A stretch of DNA of 64,000 nucleotides from NCBI RefSeq assembly GCF_964204645.1, contig NC_134026.1, forward strand, positions 25,454,150-25,518,149, in the 5' to 3' direction. Shown here one piece after another: positions 54,081-64,000 of the stretch. Under the pieces are notes generated by a model. The model was not told the DNA's origin and did no database searches. It saw only the letters and a list, made by a program, of their open reading frames with translations. Every line of letters begins with the position of its first letter. The stretch's first letter is position 1. A program made the position numbers and the translations under genes. Source of the DNA: Tubulanus polymorphus. Lineage: Eukaryota > Animalia > Nemertea.

Positions 54081-55852
54081 TCTGTATTATCTATTATCCA
54101 CGTCAGAGAGCGGCTATTCTACCTATAAGATATATGATTGAATATTCTTGTAAGTATAACTGTAGTAAAAGACAGGAGATGTAATTGAATTGTTACGTGT
54201 TGAATTCAAGAAAGGTAGTTACATCTTCGTATTTCAATGACGTATAAGATGGAAATATAACACCGATACGAAATGTGATTCTAGTAAAGATCCGAACCGG
54301 GCATTGTTTCTTTGGTTCATTAATACTCGCCGTATCAATTTTCAGATATTCGTTTTTATTATCAAGCCAGTTACAATGAAATAAACCCTTTGAAATACAA
54401 ACTTCATAGAAATAACGACATTTTCAACGTGATTCGCCAGACATAATGCAACGCGCGAGCAAAGTGAACCGTTAATAGGATTTTCCCTTTTTTTATACAT
54501 CGGCGAAGAATGCAATATGGCAACTTAAATGATTTAATGATGAAATCGCAAGCTGCTTAGACGACTTCACAGCAATTGGACGATGTTGAAATTATGGAAC
54601 TCTTTTGAAATTTAATGCTTTTACAGCGACGCACGGCGTATGAGGTATCGGTAGCCGTTTGAGGAATTAGCACCGACAGTCGACTTGCCTAATAAATCTA
54701 CAAGGGTATCGTCACCTATCGCAAAGGATGTTCGTCGCTTCGAAGTAAATATGATTTCTTTTCGAATAGCGAATTCTCGCCGCGTTGACGGCAACGATTC
54801 GACGTTAACCTCTATCGAAAAAACGCCGCAAATTAAATTCTTTGTCCGATCGACGTCATCATCTCAATAATCGGCTATTTATGAGCCGACTTGAAAGTGA
54901 AATCGACAGCCATTAAGCGGATTAATTTCAATTGAAATTTCCGACGAATTCGCACCGATCAGCGCGAAACGTTTTGTTTGAAGTGAGATTCATACAGAAT
55001 ACTTCATTACGTTCTATCAGCGCAAGTGTCTGAATTGAAATTAGGACCCGTTCTAATTTCTAAAAGGCTTTACAACTTTTAAATCCGATTTCGAAAAAAC
55101 CATTACCACAATATTCACAAGAACATTACGTCAATAAAATACGGCCATATCTTCTCCTCTTACAAAGAGACCCAATTAATTTATGGCATCATTTTCTTAA
55201 TTAAAACCGCGGAGTTTATTTGTGTATCTCGCCCCGAATGAAATATACGATGCTTTTAGCGGCAAAACGCAAATAACTGCAGGAACTTATTAGATCTAGC
55301 ATGAAACACAAAATAAAAGCTTTTAATAACAATTTTAATGTCGCCACGACATAAAGCCACTATCTCTAATGGCTTTTTGTGCTGCGGTAACACCATATTT
55401 TACTATCAGAATCATATTAATTTATATTTGGAATGAATGACTTGACATTAGGTTTAATGCAGCTTTTGTGATTACATCGACATAAATCAGTGGTAAAATC
55501 TACAAAACCCGTGTCAGCCTTGAAAAACATGGCACGAATGTGATGGATGGCAACGAATCCATCAACCGAAGATCCAGTTTGAACTCAATTCCTTCTGTCA
55601 ACATAGTGACGCACGAGTTGTGGCTTTAATCGAGCAATAATTTCATTTAAATGACGTTTCGACCAACAAATTATATTCACCTTATAACAGACACGTATCC
55701 AGCGCGTAAACTGCCACACTTTGAGAAAAAACTAAAATGTTGGAAACATCCCTTTAAATAGAATCTCAACAGCTATCTGCTGGTCGTTGAGTCTTTTACT
55801 ATTCTGCGCCATTTCTTTGGAATACGTTACCTTACCACTTACACGTAAGTTC

Positions 55853-55965
55853 AGAGGCCGGATTCGGAGACTGGTATTAACTTTAACCCGGGGTTAACTC
55901 CATTGAAAATGAATTGAGTAAGCCCCCAGGTTAAAGACAATACCGGTCTATAGAGCTGGGCCTAG
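55853..55965. mobile_element. Palindromic MITE related to the 3958-4235 family
   Basis: Arms GGCC..GAGACTGGTATTAACTTTAACC and GGTTAAAGACAATACCGGTCT..GGCC are reverse complements around the shared core TTAACTCCATTGAAAATGAA. Confidence 0.7.
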
Positions 55966-57544
55966 ATCTCAAATCAAGACAAAACCTTTTTACCATAGCT
56001 TATTCCCAACCTTTTTATGTCTTATTGCTATTCTACGTATTTATTTTTTTTAATTCGTGCATCTTAATTTGTAAATTATCATTATTATTATGTATAGCTC
56101 TCTTAACTGAACTTAGTACTTAAACCCAATTTACTTGATGGACCGAGATTTTCTTTCTTGACTTCGATCATTCATATTCCTCTTGATTCGTAGCTCTCGA
56201 TATCGAGATCACGTTTTCAAAACTCGATTTTCGACGATAACAAAAGCAAAGCCTGGGAAATAATGTTTGCGCGGTGGAATGAAATCTAAGAAGCTCTTCA
56301 ACTCGACAGAACAGAAATAAACCGCGTATAACACTGCTATCGACGTTCGCAACCGAATCCGATCTTCAAATGAATAATTCACCGCCTACGATGATAATTT
56401 ATTAATTTCACTCTAAAACAAAAGACGATTTCACTTCAAGTTCTAGTATTAAGAACAACGGGCTCGAATAGAGCTCACTAGGTTGCATTGCGTAATCGAT
56501 CGGTACATCCTCAAATTTCGTTCAATCGTATCTATGCGCCTTGCAATAAAATACTGTTACACGTGAAAAAATATCGAAAATTACAAACGGTTTCAGTTTT
56601 CAGTGTACGTTAAAATTGAGCAGTGAATTGGTCACAAGTGCAAGATTACACCCGAGCTTTCATAATCGAACATGACTTATTAATGTTTACTCTTTGTCGC
56701 TATCGAAGGCGGTTACAGCACGTTGAACAGCCATTTCACCGCGAGACTGAATGTCAATGGAGATGGATATGCCCTCGAAAAAATTAAAAGTGAAATTTCT
56801 GGGAGAACCGCCATCTGGTTAAGAGAGATATTAATTACTCGACAAGCAATCTTATATTACCGCTCTTATCCCCACAAATAACCAAACCAGGGTCAAAGAA
56901 AATTACATCTTCAAGATCGGTAGAGATGACTTGAATTGTTGAAGAAAGTCAATTCTTATCAGCCCACTAAAGAAGTTCCCAAAAACATCGAGTCTCGACC
57001 TATCATCTTGAAAACCCCTGCAAAATTAAGATATATTGCTTGTCAAACGAGGGTTATCATAAAAACATTTTCTACGTCCATTTCAACCGAAAACCATTGA
57101 CAATTCAAGAAAATATAAAAACAGCCTTCACCGCAGGATACGAAACCAGACAAAAATATCTTTCGCATAAATATTTGCATATTTATTAATACGGTGATGC
57201 AATCCTTTTGAGATGCGATGTCTCTCCGATGATGGAAGATACCCGAGGCATGTTGGAAGCATTTCTTTTCAATAAGACCATCCTAATTACTGACGAATAC
57301 GAAATCAAATGCGAAAATGCCAACTCCAGGTGGTTTGCCTTTCGATATTTCATTTTCACGCCGACCGAAGGAAGACGCGCCGAAACAAAACTTTTGTTCG
57401 ACGCACAATAAACAACGAAGCCATTTTCAGATTCGACTTCCTGTTAGGCATTATTAGATGCTGAAACGAGCCTTATTTTCAACTCGCGTGTCTCGGAGCC
57501 ATCCGTCGAGATGCGCGGTTGCAGTGACACGTGCTGTGAATCCA

Positions 57545-57561
57545 CTAGCGCCCTCTGGCAG
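57545..57561 (-). promoter_or_regulatory. CTCF-like motif
   Basis: CTGCCAGAGGGCGCTAG closely matches the CTCF consensus CCASYAGRKGGCRS. Confidence 0.6.
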
Positions 57562-57983
57562 TTCACAATCAACAATCGGCACTTGTAATTGTCGGCTAAT
57601 CATTCTAAGCTGTTAGAGCCTTGCGGTAATGCTGGTACATAAGTAAAATGCCCGCAAGTTTCAACAGCTCACGTAGACTTCTCTAATTTGTTTTATGAGA
57701 GGGAATAATATGTTGAATTGCGAAAGTAATAAGTGTTTTAAGGCAGAAATGACGCTGTAACCTTTTTTGTAAACATCGTTCAATACAATAACGGACAAAG
57801 ACATGAAGAACATGATTCTCATTATGATTTTTTTTTCATCTTCAGTACCGTGCAATGATGTAGGTTAATTTTCCTTTGGACAAATGAGAAATGAACTGAC
57901 TGAGAATTTATTCTTATGGTGGCAGCTGTACTTGGATTCTTCAGTTAAGATATGAATCAAGCTGAAAAGAAATACATTTTCAC

Positions 57984-58148
57984 CTTTTTCTTTTTCCCTT
58001 TCACTGGATTTTTGACCACTTTCGCACTTTTCTTTGCCTTCTTTGTTTCCATGGCCTTCTTTCCTTGAGCATTCTTTTTGCGCTTTTTTTCCACTGTTAA
58101 GTCAGATTGGGTGGAGTCAGCCACCATTTTCATACTCGCTGCACTCAT
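57984..58148 (-). CDS. CAAP1: CAAP1 coding exon 1, Lys-rich N-terminus (MSAASMKMVADSTQSDLTVEKKRKKNAQGKK...VKGKKKK, 55 codons)
   Basis: ATG at 58148 lies just downstream of an acceptor (tatcacatag|, exon starts 58160). Donor AAG|GTGAAA is phase 0 and joins in frame to the 36515 exon, which continues the Lys-rich tract (VVKKVKK). The link across the 21-kb intron is inferred from phase and composition. Confidence 0.72.
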
Positions 58149-59567
58149 ATTATATAAAACCTATGTGATAAAAGCATAATTTCGATATATAGATTTGTTT
58201 CATCAAGGTTAAATCAGATTCAGGTAACTAGACCAAACAATTGACTGGCGTAATCTCCACACGAGGTTTCAGAAGGGCAGCATTAATTACACTACTTTTA
58301 ATCTACCCCTCTGAAAATCAGACAGCCCCTTTGCACTTATATGGCCCCGACTATTTTTCAAGGAATTATTGCTGAAATTAATTTCAAAATGCTTCTCAAA
58401 TTCAGTGGTGTTTCTGTAGATGGCTTTTTTATCGTTGATGACCTACATTACGTATAAAAAATTCCAAACGAAATTGTTAGGATCCTCCTCATTCAATGAT
58501 AGACAATATTCGTCAGGAATACCCTGCAGCTTTAAATTTGCAAAAAATCTGTATTCACAAAAATCCTCACAAATAATATATATCCAATAAATGGCAGAAT
58601 TTACATTTTCCCATCCAGTATCGATCTAAATAAAAAGCTTCACCTTTTTTAATACACCACAAGCTACAAGTTTGATGGTTCATATCAATTCTACCCAGTT
58701 AATCTTGATTCTTCAGGACAGTTTTATATCATTAACAACAGGAAATACTGTTACAAATATGTTTCACCCTAACCACTGATAAGCCACTTACAACTGCTAG
58801 GCCAACAGGGTATTCCTGTGACTGCTTCAGACTAGAAAGGTGTCAAGGTGTTTGGTAGGTGAGGGATAGTTTAACGTTTTAGTCTTGCGGTTAACCATTG
58901 AGTGCAAAACTGCAAATAAATTATCAAATCCAGCTGTCATCCTACTCTCCGAATACAGGTAGCAATTAAAATATGGTCTGGCCAAATTGAAAAAAGTTTG
59001 AATACGGTCACAAACAAACAGTGCGACCGATGCAGGTGCAAAGCCATCCATGCCATGCAGGGTCAGAGGTCCGATACGCGTTCTTAGGATCTCCTGGATG
59101 CTATCGGATCATAATATCTAAACTCTTGAAAATTTTTTGAGACAAGTAGTAGTTGATACTGGCTGTTTTAGAGTGAAAGCCGAGACCGGTATTAAATGTT
59201 TAAAGAATAGATTCAATAGAAGGTGGACATATAACGTAACACCTATCTCCCTAAAAAGGATTGGTCAGAAAAAAGGTTGAAGGAGAAATTAATGGTCGGC
59301 CGCCGGCGGTGATAGAGTGGCAAATAATAAGAAGGGTGAGGGTATGGCATGGATTAGTATGTGAATTGCTTACTCGAACTGCATGTGCAATATTGGCCCC
59401 ACATTATTTGTACACAGTCACAGGCCTCAACGGCTATGACGTCGAATTTAGTTAGGCCTACATAACACAATTGAATGAACAACAAACAGCACAAAAGAAA
59501 GAACAGAGGCGATAAACACTGATTTGATATTAGAAATACACCGCTTCAATATGTACTAATAACTTAC

Positions 59568-59650
59568 CGAATTCTAAGCATTCAATCCTTCTACCTGTAT
59601 AACTGGACGGTTTTCTATCCTATAATAACACGAACGAGAACATATTTTTT
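59568..59650 (-). other. Candidate non-coding first exon of CAAP1 (5' end approximate)
   Basis: Consensus donor TCG|GTAAGT at 59567, followed by T/G-rich intron sequence, about 1.4 kb upstream of the acceptor at 58160. Confidence 0.4.
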
Positions 59651-62600
59651 TACATTTTGACTCATTTTGAATGAAAAGCAGACAACTGGGGACATTCACA
59701 ATAAATGGACGACTTTCATTGACTCCACGCGACCTTGGAGTTGCAGCGTGTAGCAGAATCTTCTAGGGAGTTCGAATCCCATAATTCTACAATAGTTTTG
59801 AAAATGTCTATTCGTTGAATGACATCATAGTATTTGAATGTGAGATCACGCGCTTTAAGACATTATAAAACGTACTCCATAGAATTAATTTTCTTAATGG
59901 CGCATTAACGAAGGTTGATGGATTTTCATTGCAATATCATAACCAACTGTACGTAGGCCGTGAATAAAGCTCCAGGACGAGACTATTTGAAACCTATCTT
60001 GTTAATCAAACGTTCCGGCACCGCAGTAATCTACTCTAATTGTCGCTTGAATATGAATCTTCAGTTGTCAGCACAAATTTAGATTACACGTAGAGGTTTC
60101 AGTCATTAGTCACAGTTAAACCGCAATTTTAATACATTTTGCCGCGCCTGGAGAGTACAAGCGCGCCACCGGGCCCCACTTTAATCATTGAAGAGCCGTG
60201 ATTATTTCCCCCCCAGGTGTAAAACAACCAGTGAAACGCGTAGTAAAAAGTGAAATTAGTAATCAGTCGCTAAAACTCAGGGGAGCACTTAGAAAACAAA
60301 ACATTGACTTTACTGTGAAAATTACCGGCTACTGGTTAAATGAAATTGAACGAACACAGAAACAGATATGGTATCAAGAGAATTATTCATCGGCAATGTA
60401 ATAATAAAATTACTCCTCTGTTTCGCGCACCTGTGTCGGTAAATGAGAAACTGTTATATATATGCAAAAATATGATATACATATATATACAAGTTTTTCA
60501 GAATTCTTCGCGGTAAGGGGCACCTAGCAGGAGGTTGACCTCGTCGCATGTTGAATCCCCTGGAACTTCTATACAACTAAGTTTAAGCAACTAGGCTTTT
60601 TTTCTGACAGAAAAGTTAGCGTTGCCCAATTTCATTGCACTTCTCAATTCGTGCGACCCTTTCAGCGAGACGGGATCGAATTATTGGCTAACAAAAACAC
60701 AGGCCATGACTTGAGATGAATAGAAGAAAATTAAATTCCAGCGCGGACACTGATTCCGTACTGGTAGAGAATCTCCAGTCAGTTCAGCGGGCGAATTTGA
60801 ATAATGCAACAAATTCCTTCGCAAATGAAACTGCATAATCCAATTTGACCGGCGCTGACCTGAGGGCCATTTTAACCACGTTATCGAGGGTTTTTAAGCT
60901 ACCGGCACGAAAACTGCGGACAATGCCACGCCAATCACGTCCAAGTCAATCAATGTGACTTTATTCCGTCCAATTTCAACCTATTGATTTTTCTCGGTGA
61001 CGGAAATTTCGGAATAGTATCGCCATATAGAAGTGGCCGTAATCGCATTGTCGCACTGGGCATTGAATAAAGCCAATCGAATATGGCCATATGTTATTTT
61101 TTACCGGTGTGCACGACTGACATCGGTGTCAGTTTCTAAGCTAATTTGTAATGGGTTGAAACAGCAGTCCATTGTGTTTTATATGCTGATTTATCTGCCT
61201 AATCAAGAGACGTCAGTGTACGTGCATTAAACTAGACCTAGTATGCAACGACACTGGCGATGATGTGTGCCGACCCCGAATCACCGAGCAGATAGGCGTG
61301 TTTGAAGGGTCCAGTCCCAGTTGACGAGATACCATTTCCAATGTCGTGTTATTCATTCAAAAACTCATATCAATTACTATACAGAAAAGTGATTCACGAA
61401 CAAAAATAGATTTATGTTCGTCAGACAAATTCACGTTTTGAAAAAAAGCTCGTCTATTTGCTCGTCGGCGCTTATTTGTGCTATTATTAAAAATCCGACA
61501 TTCGTCGACAGTTGAGCTCATTTAGTTGGTTTATATTTCTCGAATAATGAAACAATAGCTCGGTGACTAGTGCGCACTAGGGTCAAACTGCCATTGGTTT
61601 TAATGGCTTGTAATTGCAGGAAACCGTTGGAAGCCGTTTTTCCCGGAGTTCACCGACAGTCATCATCCCTCGAATGAAATAACAAATTAAAGCCAGCGAT
61701 TCGCAGCGCGAATATATTGCATTGCGTCAATAAATTCCCATCAAAACATAAATTTACACGATTGAAGCGTATGTATATAGAACATCCGACAAAATATGAA
61801 CTGTGTCATCCGAGGGCAATTTCTCTTAGTTGTGAAATACTGCTTTATAATCGAAGCTATTTCATCTGTCTGAATATAATCATGTGTTTTTTGTACTTAA
61901 TGAGTCCAGTGCTCGTCCCGATCTAAGGACTCCTAAATCTAGAATCTGGTAAAATTGAAAATGGTTTGGCGTCAAACAATGAAACAATTCTTTCCCAGTA
62001 TCAGAATTAAAAGAATTGTAGCAAGGATTCAGACGGCTTGATGTGATATCGCATTATGTATCAGAAGGCTTCAAAAATTCGAATCTTAAAACATAACTTG
62101 ACAGCGTTCTCCTGACGCCTATGGAATGTTGCTGGTCCCATGACACAAAAGGTCGTCCGAATAACATGACACCGAAAAAAAACGAATGTGCTACGTGTTT
62201 ATTTTGTGAAGTAGCGTTGGAACGATTATGTATATATAAAGTAATGAGCTTCAATTGCATCTAATCTAAATAATGTAATTACATCTGAATATGTCAATTA
62301 AACATAACATTTCCCCTATCATTAAGTATAAATACGGTCTATTATACATTCACAGACCATGGGAAAGTGTACAACAGCAATATTCCGCATGTGACCGTTA
62401 AAAATCAAAAGTGTTTACTGCTAATGAAATAGAAATTGTATTGATGTTAATGCGGTATGTTGTCGCCATTTTGTTCATTTGACAAAAAAATACCCCGACT
62501 TCTGACTGGCTCTGATCTCATCTCGTTACAGCAATGTAATCTGGTGTACTTCAACTCAATTTACCGCCTTATGGTGGCTCCATCTTTGGCGCCAAGATTC

Positions 62601-64000
62601 AAATGTTATCATATTCGTGTAGGGAAATACAATGCAGAGGCATTAAAACTTCAATTTCAGATTCTATTCGTTTTAGATATTCTAGATTGATTGGATGAAG
62701 TACGTGCTGCTATCGAAATAACATATATACTCAAATCTTTACTAACGTAGCGTCGATTTCAAGCTTACTCTCTGTCGAACGAGATATACGCTAACTACAG
62801 TGGCATGCAGTGTCAAACTTTGACTTGAATTCACATCAAGCATTTTCATATACCCAGCACGAAGAGAAGTGAGCGATTGTTTTTGTGTAACATACATCTA
62901 ATAATGTCATCCACAAGATCATATCGACGTGTCTCGACAGAAAAACACAAAGCTTCGGTCACTTCGCAAATAATCATAGCATTCTTTCGACTATTTAAAA
63001 TTCCACAATGCACTGACGGACAAGTCTTTGCAATTACTGTCCGGCAATGTCTTTGCTTAATATTCCAGGCAGTGGTAAGCAGATTTTCAGCTCTGGCTGG
63101 CCCCAATCACCGGGTAAATTTTATTGTTTTCCGTCCGCAGTATTGAATACCTTTGGACTGAGTGGTCATCGGCGGCGTCGTTGACATTCAACGCACATAT
63201 TTTGGAGGATTTCTACTTTTGCTTAGTTAATCAGCATGAAATTTTATTGAGGCTATGATTGTGTCCACCTGCGGATGTAATGAAGCCGAGACAGGCCGGC
63301 TGTGAATAGTGAGTGTGGACACCATCTCTCTCACCTTCGTTTTATTACCGACTCTGTGACAATATTTGAATCATGAAGTAAATTTTAAAATGTTAAGGTA
63401 ACATAATTTTTGAGAATTTCAATCGGAATTTAAAACTTCTTCAAATCAAAAAGATTAGCACTGTAAACATAGGATTTTTTCACCATAATGATCATTTAAT
63501 TTTTCCAATGGAAATTTTGATTTTTCAAAATTTCTTGATTGTGAGAGCATGTGACCAGTTATGTGGAATGAATAGAGAAGTGTGACTGACGTATAATTTT
63601 TGTAATCGTGGATGTACCAGAGACTACAGGCGTTAACTCGGTAATCATTTATCGTTTGGACTCGAGAGAGAAATAGCAGTTCATCAAAGCTTGAGGTCAG
63701 TGTGAGATGTGTTTTTATTCAATGCTTCATCCCGATCAGTCCGCTGTCAATATAATTCACGCCTTCGTCGTCGAATCTTGTGCTTTTAAGCCTGACGAGT
63801 TTTTTGATCAAAGTGCTATGTAACTTCATTGTGATTTTCCCGCGATCTCTCCCGTTGACGAGATCGTTTCAGCCGACCAGAAATAAGACGAAAAATCCAA
63901 TATTGAGAAAGTTCTTTATTCCCCGATGTCCGGAGATACCTGTAATCTAAAAATGACCAACGCTGTAATTTAGAAAATTGCTCCTGACAGCGGACGAAGT

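Noticed and set aside
58560-58800. Possible degenerate CR1/L2 LINE 3' end (LDRYWM-like) on the minus strand
   Set aside because: Too short and degenerate to support without a repeat library.
59740-59785. GGGAGTTCGAATCCCC B-box-like motif as a tRNA
   Set aside because: No cloverleaf or clear A box; at most a SINE remnant.
1-64000. Prokaryotic features (operons, CRISPR arrays, rRNA, defence systems) and the remaining short ORFs in the track
   Set aside because: The sequence is spliced eukaryotic DNA with no repeat-spacer array. The other ORFs are of chance length, often have non-ATG starts, and show no recognisable homology.

Overview
Eukaryotic (animal, probably invertebrate) genomic DNA: AT-rich, with no operons and no long ORFs, so most of the ORF track is noise. 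The one gene I can identify is a minus-strand CAAP1 (caspase activity and apoptosis inhibitor 1) orthologue. I rebuilt it by hand from six GT-AG coding exons with matching phases (58148-57984, 36515-36351, 34585-34501, 23487-23329, 17984-17918, 17810-17645; 269 codons). The exons are spread over more than 40 kb, and I did not find the conserved C-terminal exon in the window. The large introns hold: several non-autonomous transposon families (four copies of a ~400-bp MITE, in both orientations); a Penelope-type palindrome with a hammerhead-like core; a 193-codon Thr/Ile/Val-rich plus-strand ORF behind an in-frame stop-start (TGA-ATG); and candidate plus-strand exons. CTCF-like motifs at ~1.6, ~28.3 and ~57.5 kb are oriented as two convergent domains, each starting with a candidate plus-strand first exon. 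That architecture is the most interesting hypothesis here, but it comes from motif reading by eye.
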